Assembly (NCBI GenBank): GCA_002269645.1 | Contig: NIVC01001654.1 | Location: 190,790-254,789 of the forward strand | DNA length: 64,000 nt | Source: Macrostomum lignano | Taxonomy: Eukaryota | Direction: 5' to 3' | Shown here: positions 35,121 to 49,128 of the stretch, piece by piece | Numbering within the stretch: position 1 is the stretch's first letter | Layout: each line of letters begins with the position of its first letter | Translations under genes and position numbers: made by a program | The notes under the pieces: model-generated | What the model saw: the letters and a program-made list of their open reading frames with translations, nothing else | Databases searched by the model: none | Told to the model about the DNA's origin: nothing

Positions 35121-35984
35121 TTGCTAAGGAAATTGTCGCACTAGCTACTTATTGTCTGGTGGATGCTTGCTATTTGGAGATGCTATCTATCTGGGGGATG
35201 CTTTCTATCTGGGGGATGCTTGCAATCTGAGGGATGCTTGCCATCTGGGGGATGCTTGCTGTCTTGGGATGATTTCTTTTTGCATTGCACTTCATTTGAG
35301 TAGTTTGTCTGTTTCTTTTGTGAAAGCTTTATTTGGCTATCTTCTTATTCCTTGTAGAGAACAGAGATTCTATGCAGATGTCCCCAAAAGTCCAATATAC
35401 TAAAAATGAAAATCTTGCTTGCTTGTAATCGATTAGAGAAAAAATGGCTTAACCGATTTTCATGAGACTTGCACTGTTTGATCAGAAATTTTCCCGTTAC
35501 GGTACATGCATCTTGGCTAAGAAATTGCTCCATGTTAAAGCGATTAAATATTCGAAAAACATGCTTTTTTGCAAAGGTCAAGCAAAATTTTCGACTTAAA
35601 ACCCATTGTAAGAATGCTAGAGAAAAAACTGACTGGCTGAATTCTGATTCTGATAAAGATTGCATCACAACAAGTTGAAAACAGTGCCAAAGAAATGCAC
35701 ACACGACTTGATTTAAATTGCGTAACCATATTGCTAACTTAAATTGAGACTGGTACTGGCTGACTGATAAATTGATTATGTCATAACTTTTTACTCTAAT
35801 TGACTTGCTGTAAGAATTGAATTATAAGGGCCACAATTCATGTTCTCCAATTAAAAAGAGATAGCCTATATACGAACAGACTGGACTGCCAACGTAGAGA
35901 CCTGGGTTCGAATCTTAGTAGTGAAAAATAATTTTTTTATTAAAACACCTTGAAAACACGAAACTGCTAAACATAAAAAAGCAC

Positions 35985-38900
35985 AATGTCGAACATAAAA
36001 GAGGCACCATGTCAAACATTAAAGAGCCACCATGTCGAACATTAAAGAGCCACCATTTCGAACATTAAAGAGCCACCATTTCGAACATTAAAGAGCCACC
36101 ATTTCGAACATTAAAGAGCCACCATTTTGAACATTAAAGAGCCACCATTTTAAACATTAAAGAGCCACCATGTCAAACATTTAGGAGCCACAATGTCAAA
36201 CATTTAAGAGCCACCATGTCGAAAATAAAGAGCCACCATTTCGAACATTAAAGAGCCACCATGTCAAACATTTAGGAGCCACCATGTCAAACATTAAAGA
36301 GCCACTTTGTCGAACATTAAAGAGCCACCATTTCGAACATTAAAGAGCCACCATTTCGAACATTAAAGAGCCACCATTTCGAACATTAAAGAGCCACCAT
36401 GTCAAACATTTAGGAGCAACCATGTCAAACATTTAAGAGCCACCATGTCAAACATTAAAGAGCCACCATGTCTAACATAAAAGAGCTATACCATGAAGAA
36501 CATTAAAGAGCCACCATGTTGAACATAAAAGAGCCACCATGTCGAACATTAAAGAGCCACCATTTCGAACATTAAAGAGCCACCATGTCAAACAATTAAG
36601 AGCCACCATGTCAAACATTAAAGAGCCACCATGTTGAACATAAAAGAGCCACCATGTCGAACATTAAAGAGCCACCATTTCGAACATTAAAGAGCCACCA
36701 TGTCAAACAATTAAGAGCCACCATGTCAAACATTAAAGAGCCACTTTGTCGAACATTAAAGAGCGCCATGTCAAACATAAAAGAGCCAACATGTCAGACA
36801 TTAAAAAGCCACCGTATCAAACATAAAGAGTTACCGTGTAGAACAAAAAAGAGCCACCATATCGAACAAAAAAGAGCCACCATGTCAAACATTTAAGAGC
36901 CACCATGCAACCATTTAAGAGCCACCATGTCAAAACACAAAAGTGCCATCATGTCAAACCTAAAAGAGCCACCATGTCTAACATAAAAAAGCCACCATAT
37001 CGAACATTAAAGAGCCACCATGTCAAAAATCAAAGAGCCATTATGTCAAACCTAAAAGAGCCACCATGTCGAACATTAAAGGGCCACCATGTAGAACATT
37101 AAAGAGCCACCATGTCAAACATTAAAGAACCACCATGTCGAACATTAAAGAACCACCATGTTAAACATTAAAGAGCCACCATGTCAAAAATAGAAGAGCC
37201 ACCATGTCAAACATAAAAAAGCCACCATGTCTAACATTAAAGAGCCACCATGTCAAACCTAAAAGAGCCACCATGTCAAACATAAATCTGGCATGATGTC
37301 AAACATTAAAGTGCTACCATATCGAACATTAAAGAGCCACCATGTCTAAAAGTAAAGAGCCACCATGTCGAACATTAAAGGGCCACCATGTAGAACATTA
37401 AAGAGCCGTACCATGTCAGACATTAAAAAGCCACCGTATCAAACATAAAAGAGCCACCATGTAAAACATTTAGGAGCCACCATGTCAAACATAAAGAGCC
37501 ACCATGTAAAACATTTAGGAGCCACCATGTCAAACATATATGTGACTTTATGACAAACATTAAAGAGCCACAATGTCGAACATTAAAGAGCCACCATGTC
37601 TAACATAAAAGAGCTATACCATGAAGAAAATTAAAGAGCCACCATGTCTAAAAGTAAAGAGCCACCATGTCGAACATTAAAGAGCCACCATTTCGAATAT
37701 TAAAGAGCCACCATGTCGAACATAAAAGAGCCACTATTTTGAACATAAAAACAGCCACCATTTCGAACATAAAAGAGCCACCATGTCAAACATAAAAGAG
37801 CCACCATGTCAAACAATTAAGAGCCACCATGTCAAACATTAAAGAGCCACCATGTTGAACATAAAAGAGCCACCATGTCGAACATTAAAGAGCCACCATT
37901 TCGAACATTAAAGAGCCACCATGTCAAACAATTAAGAGCCACCATGTCAAACATTAAAGAGCCACTTTGTCGAACATTAAAGAGCGCCATGTCAAACATA
38001 AAAGAGCCAACATGTCAGACATTAAAAAGCCACCGTATCAAACATAAAGAGTTACCGTGTAGAACAAAAAAGAGCCACCATATCGAACAAAAAAGAGCCA
38101 CCATGTCAAACATTTAAGAGCCACCATGCAACCATTTAAGAGCCACCATGTCAAAACACAAAAGTGCCATCATGTCAAACCTAAAAGAGCCACCATGTCT
38201 AACATAAAAAAGCCACCATGTAGAACATTAAAGAGCCACCATGTCAAAAATCAAAGAGCCATTATGTCAAACCTAAAAGAGCCACCATGTCGAACATTAA
38301 AGGGCCACCATGTAGAACATTAAAGAGCCACCATGTCAAACATTAAAGAACCACCATGTCGAACATTAAAGAACCACCATGTTAAACATTAAAGAGCCAC
38401 CATGTCAAAAATAGAAGAGCCACCATGTCAAACATAAAAAAGCCACCATGTCTAACATTAAAGAGCCACCATGTCAAACCTAAAAGAGCCACCATGTCAA
38501 ACATAAATCTGGCATGATGTCAAACATTAAAGTGCTACCATATCGAACATTAAAGAGCCATCATGTCTAAAAGTAAAGAGCCACCATGTCGAACATTAAA
38601 GGGCCACCATGTAGAACATTAAAGAGCCGTACCATGTCAGACATTAAAAAGCCACCGTATCAAACATAAAAGAGTTACCATGTAGAACAAAAAAGAGCCA
38701 CCATGTAAAACATTTAGGAGCCACCATGTCAAACATAAAGAGCCACCATGTAAAACATTTAGGAGCCACCATGTCAAACATATATGTGACTTTATGACAA
38801 ACATTAAAGAGCCACAATGTCGAACATTAAAGAGCCACCATGTCTAACATAAAAGAGCTATACCATGAAGAAAATTAAAGAGCCACCATGTCTAAAAGTA

Positions 38901-41070
38901 AAGAGCCACCATGTCGAACATTAAAGAGCCACCATTTCGAACATTAAAGAGCCACCATGTCAAAGATTTAAGAGCCACCATGTCGAACATTCAAAAGCCG
39001 CATTGTCAAACATTAAAGAGCCACCATTTCGAATAATAAAGAGCCACCATGTCGAACAAAAAAGAGCCACTATTTTGAACATAAAAACAGCCACCATTTC
39101 GAACATAAAAGAGCCACCATGTCAAACATAAAAGAGCCACCATGTCAAACATAAAAGAGCCAACATGTCAAACATAAAGAGCCACCATGTCAAACATTTA
39201 AGAGCCACCATGTCTAACATATATGTGACTTTGTGTCAGACATTAAAGAGCCACCATTTCGAACATTAAAGAGCCACCATTTCGAACATTAAATAGTCAC
39301 CATGTCAAACTTGAAAGAGCTATAACATGAAGAATATTAAAGAGCCACCATGTCGAACGTAAAAGAGCCGCCATGTAAAATATTAAAGAGCTACCATGTT
39401 AAACATAAAAGAGCCACCATGTAAAACATTAAAGAGCCACCATGTGAAACATTAAAGAGCCACCATGTCAAACATTCAAAAGCCGCATTGTCAAACATTA
39501 AAGAGCCACCATTTCGAATATTAAAGAGCCACCATGTCGAACATAAAAGAGCCACTATTTTGAACATAAAAACAGCCACCATTTCGAACATAAAAGAGCC
39601 ACCATGTCAAACATAAAAGAGCCACCATGTCAAACATAAAAGAGCCAACATGTCAAACATAAAGAGCCACCATGTCAAACATTTAAGAGCCACCATGTCT
39701 AACATATATGTGACTTTGTGTCAGACATTAAAGAGCCACCATTTCGAACATTAAAGAGCCACCATTTCGAACATTAAAGAGTCACCATGTCAAACTTGAA
39801 AGAGCTATAACATGAAGAATATTAAAGAGCCACCATGTCGAACGTAAAAGAGCCGCCATGTAAAATATTAAAGAGCTACCATGTTAAACATAAAAGAGCC
39901 ACCATGTAAAACATTAAAGAGCCACCATGTGAAACATTAAAGAGCCACCATGTCAAACATTTAAGAGCCACCATGTCAAACATATATGTGACTTTGTGTC
40001 AAACATTAAAGAGCCACCATTTCGAACATTAAAGAGCCACCATGTCAAACATAAAAGAGCCAACATGTAAAACATAAAGAGCCACCATGTCAAACATATA
40101 TGTGACTTTGTGTCAAACATTAAGGAGCCACCATTTCCAACATTAAAGAGCCACCATGTCGACCATAAAAGAGCCACTATTTCGAACATCAAAGAGCCAC
40201 TATGTCAAACACAAAAGAGCCACCATGTAAAACATTAAAGAGCCACCATGTGAAACATTAAAGAGCCACCATGTCAAACATTTAAGAGCCACCATGTCAA
40301 ACATATATGTGACTTTGTGTCAAACATTAAAGAGCCACCATTTCGAACATTAAAGAGCCACCATTTCGAACATTAAAGAGCCACCATTTCGAACATTAAA
40401 CAGCCACCATGTCAAACATGAAAGAGCTATAACATGAAGAATATTAAAGAGCCACCATGTCGAACATAAAAGAGCCGCCATGTAAAATATTAAAGAGCTA
40501 CCATGTTAAACATAAAAGAGCCACCATGTAAAACATTAAAGAGCATCATGTGAAACATTAAAGAGCCACCATGTTAAACATTTAAAAGCCTTCGTGTCAA
40601 ACAGTAAAGAGCCACCATGTCGAACATTAAAGCGCCACCATGTCGAACGTTAAAGAGCCACCATGTCAAACATTAAAGAGCCACATTGTCAAACAGTAAA
40701 GAGCCACCATGTCGAACATTAAAGAGCCACCATGTCGAACGTTAAAGAGCCACCATGTCGAACATTAACGAGCCACGATGTCAAACATAAAAGAGCTACC
40801 AAGTTAGACATAGAAGAGCCACCATGTGAAACATATATGTGACTCCATGTCTAACATTAAAGAGCCACCGTTTCTAACATTAAGGAGCCACCATGACAAA
40901 CATAAAACTGGCACAAACATAAATTGTCAAACATTAAAGAGCCACCATGTAGAACATTAAAGAGTCACCATGCCAAACATTAAAAAGCCACCAATTCAAA
41001 CATAAAATAGCCACCATTTCAAACACAGGAGAGACATTTTCAAACGTAATAAGAAGCGTCATGCCAATCA
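35985..41070. repeat. Same 22-23-bp minisatellite inside Helitron unit 2, with a 1221-bp higher-order duplication
   Basis: Near-identical ORF pairs at 36654/37875 and 36905/38126 differ by 1221. Confidence 0.95.
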
Positions 41071-41159
41071 TAAAGGAGCCCTTAGAAAGCTAAAAGGAAA
41101 TGTTGCACCATATTCTTTTTGTCTGGTGGATGCTTGCTATTTAAGGATAGATACTTGCT

Positions 41160-41388
41160 ATCAATTGGATGCTTGCTATCTGGGGGTGCTTGCTATCTGG
41201 GGGTGCTTGCTATCTGGGGGTGCTTGCTATCTGGGGGTGCTTGCTATCTGGGGGTGCTTGCTATCTGGGGGTGCTTGCTATCTGGGGGTGCTTGCTATCT
41301 GGGGGTGCTTGCTATCTGGGGGTGCTTGCTATCTGGGGGTGCTTGCTATCTGGGGGTGCTTGCTATCTGGGGGTGCTTGCTATCTGGG
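41160..41388. repeat. 17-bp repeat (TGCTTGCTATCTGGGGG) in the 3' part of Helitron unit 2
   Basis: Read directly; degenerate counterpart at 35160-35260. Confidence 0.9.
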
Positions 41389-42174
41389 AGGAGGGGGATG
41401 TTTGCTGTCTTGGGATGTTTTCTTTTTGCATTGCGCTTCATTTGAGCAGTTTTTCTGTTGTCTTTGTGAAGACTCTATTTGGCGGGTTTTTTTACTTGTA
41501 GAGAACAGAAGTTCTATCCAGATGTCCCCCATCGGGGGGCGAAGATTGCTAGTCCTATATACTAAAAATGAAAATCTTGCTTGCTTGCTTGCTTGCTTGT
41601 AATCGATTAGAGAAAAAATGGCTTAACCGATTTTCATGAGACTTGCACTGTTCGATCAGAAATTTTCCCGTGACGGTACATGCATCGTGGCTAAGAAATT
41701 GCTCGATGCTAAAGGCATTAAATATTCGAAAAACATGCTTTTTTGCAAAGGTCAAGCAAACTTTTCGACTTGAAATGCATTGTAAGAATGCTAGAGAAAA
41801 AACTGACTGGTTGAATTCTGATTCTGAAATAGATTGCATCATAACTGAATTGTAACTCCGACTTAAATTGCGTCACAGTATTGAAAATGCAGTGTGGAAG
41901 CGTAGCACCAGACTTGATTTAAATTGCGTAACCATATTGTTAACTGATACTGACTGACTGAGAAATTGATTATGTCATAACTGCCTCGTGTGATTTACTC
42001 TATGCTTGGAGTTTTGAAACTTATAATTATAAGTGCTAAAATTCATATTATCAAAACGATGAGAGCTAGCCTAGAGGTAAACAGACTGACTGCTAAATGC
42101 AGGGACGATGGTTCGAATTTTTAGAGAGTGGAATTTTTTAATTAAAGCTTTTTAACACCAAGAAGAAAACTAAA

Positions 42175-44800
42175 AAATCATAGAAGCGTCATGTAAAAAA
42201 TCATAGAAGCGTCATGTAAACAATCATAGAAGCGTCATGCAAAAAATCATGGAAGCGTCATGAAAAAACCATAGGAGCGTCATGAAAAAATCATAGAAGC
42301 ATCATGTAAAAATCATAGAAGCGTCATGTAAACAATCATAGAAGCGTCATGTAAAAAATCATAGAAGCGTCATGTAAACAATCATAGAAGCGTCATGCAA
42401 AAAATCATAGAAGTGTCATGTAAAAAATCATGGAAGCGTCATGTAAAAATCATAGAAGCGTCATGAAAAAATCATGGAAGCGTCATGTAAAAAATCATGG
42501 AAGCGTCATGAAAAAAAAACCATGTAAGCGTCATGTAAAAAATCATAGAAGTGTCATGTAAAAAATCATGGAAGCGTCATGTAAAAAATCATAGAAGCGT
42601 CATGTAAAAATCATAGAAGCGTCATGTAAACAATCATAGAAGCGTCATGTAAAAAATCATAGAAGCGTCATGTAAACAATCATAAAAGCGTCATGTAAAA
42701 AATCATAGAAGCGTCATGTAAACAATCATAGAAGCGTCATGCAAAAAATCATAGAAGTGTCATGTAAAAAATCATGGAAGCGTCATGTAAAAATCATAGA
42801 AGCGTCATGAAAAAATCATGGAAGCGTCATGTAAAAAATCATGGAAGCGTCATGAAAAAAAACCATGGAAGCGTCATGTAAAAAATCATAGAAGTGTCAT
42901 GTAAAAAATCATGGAAGCGTCATGTAAAAAATCATAGAAGCGTCATGTAAAAATCATAGAAGCGTCATGTAAAATCATAGAAGCGTCATGTAAAAAATCA
43001 TGGAAGCGTCATGTAAAAATCATAGTAGCGTCATGTAAAAAATCATAGAAGCGTCATGAAAAAATCATAGAAGCGTCATGAAAAAAACATAGGAGCGTCA
43101 TGAAAAAATCATAGAAGCGTCATGTAAAAATCATAGAAGCGTCATGTAAACAATCATAGAAGCGTCCTGCAGATATCGTAGAAGCGTCATGAAATAATCA
43201 TAGAAGCGTCATGTAAAAAGCATAGAAGCGTCATGTAAAAAATCATAGAAGCGTCATGTAAACAATCATAGAAGCGTCATGTAAAAAATCATAGAAGCGT
43301 CATGTAAACAATCATAAAAGCGTCATGTAAAAAATCATAGAAGCGTCATGTAAACAATCATAGAAGCGTCATTCAAAAAATCATAGAAGTGTCATGTAAA
43401 AAATCATGGAAGCGTCATGTAAAAATCATAGAAGCGTCATGAAAAAATCATGGAAGCGTCATGTAAAAAATCATAGAAGCGTCATGTAAAAATCATAGAA
43501 GCGTCATGTAAAAAGCATAGAAGCGTCATGTAAAAAATCATAGAAGCGTCATGTAAACAATCATAGAAGCGTCATGTAAAAAATCATAGAAGCGTCATGT
43601 AAACAATCATAGAAGCGTCATGCAAAAAATCATAGAAGTGTCATGTAAAAAATCATGGAAGCGTCATGTAAAAATCATAGAAGCGTCATGAAAAAATCAT
43701 GGAAGCGTCATGTAAAAAATCATAGAAGCGTCATGAAAAAATCATAGAAGCGTCATGAAAAAAAACCATGGAAGCGTCATGTAAAAATCATAGAAGTGTC
43801 TTGTAGAAAATCATGGAAGCGTCATGTAAAAAATCATAGAAGCGTCATGTAAAAATCATAGAAGCGTCATGTAAAAATCATAGAAGCGTCATGTAAAAAA
43901 TCATGGAAGCGTCATGAAAAAATCATGGAAGCGTCATGTAAAAAATCATAGAAGCGTCATGAAAAAATCATAGAAGCGTCATGAAAAAAAACCATGGAAG
44001 CGTCATGTAAAAATCATAGAAGTGTCTTGTAGAAAATCATGGAAGCGTCATGTAAAAAATCATAGAAGCGTCATGTAAAAATCATAGAAGCGTCATGTAA
44101 AAATCATAGAAGCGTCATGTAAAAAATCATGGAAGCGTCATGTAAAAATCATAGTAGCGTCATGTAAAAAATCATAGAAGCGTCATGAAAAAATCATAGA
44201 AGCGTCATGAAAAAAACATAGGAGCGTCATGAAAAAATCATAGAAACGTCATGTAAAAATCATAGAAGCGTCATGTAAAAATCATAGAATCGTCATATAA
44301 AAAGCATAGAAGCGTCATGTAAACAATCATAGAAGCGTCATGAAAAAATCATGGAAGCGTCATGTAAAAATCATAGAAGTGTCATGTAAAAAATCATGGA
44401 AGCGTCATGAAAAAATCATAGAAGCGTCATGAAAAAATCATAGGAGCGTCATGAAAAAATCATAGAAGCATCATGTAAAAATCATAGAAGCGTCCTGCAG
44501 AAATCGTAGAAGCATCATGTAAACAATCATAGAAGCGTCATGTAAACAATCATCGAAGCGTCATGAAATAATCATAGAAGCGTCATGTAAAAAGCATAGA
44601 AGCGTCATGTAAAAAGCATAGAAGCGTCATGTAAAAAGCATAGAAGCGTCATGTAAACAATCATAGAAGCGTCATGAAAAAATCATAGAAGCCTCATTTA
44701 AAAACTAATGAAAGCGTCATTTAAAAAAATAAGAAGCATCATGGAAGAATAAAAGAAGTGTAATGTAAAAATCAAAAGAAGCGTCATGTCAGACATTAAG
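42175..44800. repeat. 21-23-bp minisatellite (AAAAATCATAGAAGCGTCATGT) inside Helitron unit 3
   Basis: Read directly; related core (AAG..CATGT) to the units in arrays 1 and 2. Confidence 0.95.
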
Positions 44801-45576
44801 GATGTCATGTAAAAATGAAATGCAGCTATAATGCTGTGCTGGGAAGAAAAACTGAGACGTAAAGGCTCTCAGAGAATAACTGAGATTACGAGGGGGGGGG
44901 GTTGTTTCTGGGATCTCAAAGCAAAAGTCAGAAGCTACTTCAAAGTTCATGTACTTTACTCAATTTTTTATTGCATTCTTTGTTGGCTCGCCATGGGGGG
45001 GTGCTGATAGAAGAAGAGTCATGTAAAAAATAAAAGTAGCACTATGTATACATAAAAGACAAGTCATGTCGAAGTTAAAAGATTCATTTGGGAATTGCTA
45101 CGATGTCAAAGCTTGGTGGAAATCGTTATAGTGCTGTGATTCTTAAAGAAGGAATCACTAAAATGTCAAGGCTTAGGGGAGAAGAATTGCTGAGATTTCA
45201 AGGCTTTAGGTTGGGTTAAAGTTAGGTTTAGGTCAGGTGTGGGTTGAGGGTTATATTTTATCGGGTTTCAAGGTTAACAGTGGATTTTTTAGATTTCAAG
45301 GTTTATGGGGGCCATCGCTGACATGTCAAGGCTTACGGACGCGGGGGGGAATAGCTGAGATGTCAAGGCTCACGGGGGTATAAATGAGATTTCAAGGCTG
45401 AAGTCAGAAGCTACATGTAGTTTATTGAAAACTTTTTATTACATTATTTGATGCCTCCTCAGGCGAGGGATCGCTGATAAAAAAAGCGTTATGTAAAAAA
45501 TAAAAGAAGCTTATCGCTATAATGCTGTAGTAGTGCTATAATGACTCTTAGAGAGAATTACTGAAATTTCAATGCT

Positions 45577-45621
45577 TTAGGGTTAGGTTAGGGTTAGGGT
45601 TAGGGTTAGGGTTAGGGTTAG
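45577..45621 (+). repeat. Interstitial (TTAGGG)n tract, ~7 units, within Helitron unit 3
   Basis: Read directly. Confidence 0.85.
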
Positions 45622-45844
45622 AAGGTTGACAGATATTTTTAGATTTCCAAGGCTTATTGGGGGCATTGCTGAGATGTCAAGGGGGGAAGTTGATATGTTA
45701 AAGCTGGGGGGGGGGAATTACTGACATGTCAAGGCTTACAAGGTTTGACAGGAGATTTTTTAAGACTTCAAGGATACATGTAGCTTATTAAAAAAACGTG
45801 TAAAGCATTTCTTTGGCTCCCCAACGGGGGGCGTAGATTGCTAG

Positions 45845-46470
45845 TTTGATTCTAAACTTTGTAAATAGTATAAGTCACCCTTGCGTCAATAGCGAGAAGT
45901 AGTGAAGTCCACAAATTTAAATACGTGAGGCTATTCAATTCTGCCTCTCCGCCTCCCCTGCCTTCTCACTTCAAGCTTTCAGACTTGGTCTTTGAGACGG
46001 TTTAATCTGTTAGAAGCAGGAATGAATCATGCACTGACCTCTCCACACAAAGTAAAGTTGGAATTTCAAACAAGAAATTTGGTTATTTTAAAAGCTAAAT
46101 GACTAGAAATGCACATTTTTTTCATAAGAAAATACAATTTTTCACAGTTTTTATGCATCTTTTACGTTAAAATGCAGACTTTATTGATCAAAATCAGTAG
46201 TTTCATCACTAGAAACCATACTTTCAACAGCTAATTTGTCCAAATGTCGCTTTCAACTTGACCTTAGACAGCTTTTAAGCAGGAATGAACCCCACACAAA
46301 CATCCACAAGCCAGCCCAAAATCATCCAAAGACATGGCTATTGAAGCCTAAATTGCTAGAAATGCGCATTTTTTTCATAAGAAAATAAATTTTTTCACAG
46401 TTTTTATGCGTTTTTTACGTTAAAATGCAGACTTTATTGATCAAAATCAGTAGTTTCATCACTAAAAACC
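45845..46470. repeat. Left arm (inner part) of the large inverted repeat; reverse complement of ~47981-48605
   Basis: e.g. 46310-46470 matches 47981-48145 on the opposite strand. Confidence 0.88.
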
Positions 46471-46471
46471 A

Positions 46472-47112
46472 CCCTGTCTCTCTGACCTTACCATTTCTAA
46501 CTGTCAAGGAATTCCGACCCTCCCTCTCCAATTTCAGTGTACAAACAGATATTTTCACAGCACAGACTCATATATTGAGCCTCCTCCAACCAAAACCCTA
46601 TCTTGATTCCGTCATCCACCTCCCCATAGGAGCAGTTAGCAAGAAACAAAATTTTTCGATGCACATATGAACACTGTGAACCATGCAAAATCGCACATCT
46701 ACGGGTCGATTTTGATTGACAATTTAATACCTTTTGTTGATGCTGCTGTGTACAGTAGTCTTAGTTCCGAAGCTCCTAGCAGTCATCTTTTAGATGTGGT
46801 GAATCAGTGTTGTTGTTGCCAACTTTACATCTTGATTCATCCTCCAAATTCTTCAACTCTGACCATATTCAATAATTTAACCCATGCAAGTAGGTTTGCC
46901 AATTCGCCAAATTAGCCAATACGAATGGGGCCAGAGGACCCACCCAAATGACGTAAGGGTGGAGGTGGATGACGTAATCAAGATAGGGTTTGGTTGGAGG
47001 AGGCTCAATATATGGGTCCGTGCTGTGAAGATATCTGTTTGTACACTGAAATTGGAGAGGGAGGGGTCGGAATTCCTTGACAGTTAGAAATGGTAAGGTC
47101 AGAGAGACAGGG
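46472..47112. repeat. Nested ~165-bp inverted repeat (46472-46625 vs 46955-47112), paralogous to part of the outer arms
   Basis: CCCTGTCTCTCTGACCTTACCATTTCTAACTGTCAAGGAATTCCGACC and its reverse complement; similar to 31900-32050. Confidence 0.85.
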
Positions 47113-47980
47113 ACGAGTGGTTCTGTTCTACATGTGTCTGTGCTGTGAAGACGAGTCTAATATGACCATTGGGTGTTGGCTGTTTTGCCAATTCAGTAAT
47201 ACACTAAACCTGTCCAGCTGATTGCCGCATGAGTCACTTTTCTCGATGGTGCAGAAGGAGAGAGAGAGAGGTCTGGGAGGGACAGTTTAAATGTCAATCG
47301 AAATCAACGGGCCGCTTCGCCGACTGTAAATGTTAAAATTATTATAGCTAGGTTTATAGCAAACTGTACGTTTTAACCCAATATTCAAGAATAATCCCTT
47401 CCCTGACTTCTTGAGATGCATACATTTGAATGATGAAACAGCATTTTTGACGATTGTAAAAATTATGGTTTCTGCTGATGAAGTGATTAATTTTGTTCAA
47501 TAAAGTCAGCATTTTAACGTTAAAAAGAGTAAAAACTGTGAAAATTGACCTTTTTAAAACGAAAATGTGCAATTTCTAGTAATTTAGCTTTCAATGAAAA
47601 TGTCTTGGGTGGAATTCCAACTTGGGCCGGGGTGTGCATATGGAGATCAGTGTGTGACTCATTCCTGCTCGAAAGCTGTCTCTTGCCAACTTTGAAATCA
47701 GCATTTGGACAAATTAGCGGTTGAAATTATGGCTTTTTGGGATGAAACTACTAAGTTTGATCAATTCGCATTTCGCATTTTAACGTTAGAAAATAAAAAA
47801 CTGTGAAAATTGTCATTTATTAAACGAAAGAATGAGAAATTCTAAGAATTAGCTTTAAAAAAAACCATGGCTTTAGTGGAAATTGGACTGGCTCGGGTAA
47901 TCCGTGTGCGATTATAATTCCTGCTCAAAGGTGTCTCAGAGTTCCAGAAGTAGCATTTGTGATAATTTTGTGTTAAAATT

Positions 47981-49128
47981 GTGGTTTTTAGTGATGAAAC
48001 TACTGATTTTGATCAATAAAGTCTGCATTTTAACGTAAAATGCATAAAAACTGGGAAAAAATTTATTTTCTTATGAAAAAAATGCGCATTTCTAGCAATT
48101 TAGGCTTCAATAGCCATGTCTTTGGATGATTTTGGGCTGGCTTGTGGATGTTTGTGTGGGGTTCATTCCTGCTTAAAAGCTGTCTAAGGTCAAGTTGAAA
48201 GCGACATTTGGACAAATTAGCTGTTGAAAGTATGGTTTCTAGTGATGAAACTACTGATTTTGATCAATAAAGTCTGCATTTTAACGTAAAAGATGCATAA
48301 AAACTGTGAAAAATTGTATTTTCTTATGAAAAAAATGTGCATTTCTAGTCATTTAGCTTTTAAAATAACCAAATTTCTTGTTTGAAATTCCAACTTTACT
48401 TTGTGTGGAGAGGTCAGTGCATGATTCATTCCTGCTTCTAACAGATTAAACCGTCTCAAAGACCAAGTCTGAAAGCTTGAAGTGAGAAGGCAGGGGAGGC
48501 GGAGAGGCAGAACTGAATAGCCTCGCGTATTTAAATTTGTGGACTTCACTACTTCTCGCTATTGACGCAAGGGTGACTTATACTATTTACAAAGTTTAGA
48601 ATCAAAGTAAATCAGAATTGCATGCGGTGGAGACACTGATTCATAGGCTGTGTACATTTACAAATGCAGCTGGGGTTTGTCAATGCAGGTAGAGGTTGGC
48701 GGACTCGGATTTGCTCAGATTCGCGGGGTTGATGTGTGCATTAAAAGTTGGTTTCTTGCTATCTGGGGCGGCATGGATGACGTAATCGGAGAAGAGAGGG
48801 GTTTTGCTGAATGAAGTTTAATATAGGGTCTGTGCTGTGGAAAGATCTGTCTGTACACTGAAAATGGAGAGAGGGTCGAAATTCCTTGGCATTTAGAAGG
48901 GGGACAGAGAGAACAGGGGCGAGTGTTAAAATTTAGCTCGATTTTGCTATGGGGTCTGCGCTGTGAAGACGAGTCTGGTGAACATCGGAGGAGTGGCTGT
49001 TTTCGAACAGGGTTGAATTTGACTATGGTCCGAGTTAAAGGGTGATTCAGCATTCAGTATAGGAGCTTCGAGGGGATGGTTTACTGTAATTAAAGCGTGA
49101 CGAAGCGTCTTGTATCATACCCACCGTC
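47981..49128. repeat. Right arm of the large inverted repeat, cut off by the Polinton insertion
   Basis: Reverse complement of 31687-32209 plus 45845-46470 with no Helitron insertion. Confidence 0.88.

Larger units (their letters stand above)
32210..45844 (+). mobile_element. Head-to-tail trimer of a non-autonomous Helitron (units ~32210-35390, 35391-41552, 41553-45844)
   Basis: Each unit starts TCC(T/A)ATATACTAAAAATG + microsatellite + AACCGATTTT block; units 2 and 3 end in a CCCC-N3-GGGG hairpin + GATTGCTAG; flanks rejoin as the uninterrupted sequence at 48585-48620 (reverse strand). Confidence 0.8.

Noticed and set aside
32810-41070. Perfect Kozak sequence GCCACCATG in hundreds of satellite units
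   Set aside because: One motif amplified with the repeat; downstream frames close quickly, and the related array in unit 3 lacks it.
32810-44800. CRISPR-like appearance of the 21-23-bp repeat arrays
   Set aside because: Units are contiguous with no unique spacers, no cas genes are present, and the DNA is eukaryotic.
45577-45621. Telomere or telomere-healing site
   Set aside because: Only ~7 units, internal to a Helitron and flanked by element sequence on both sides.
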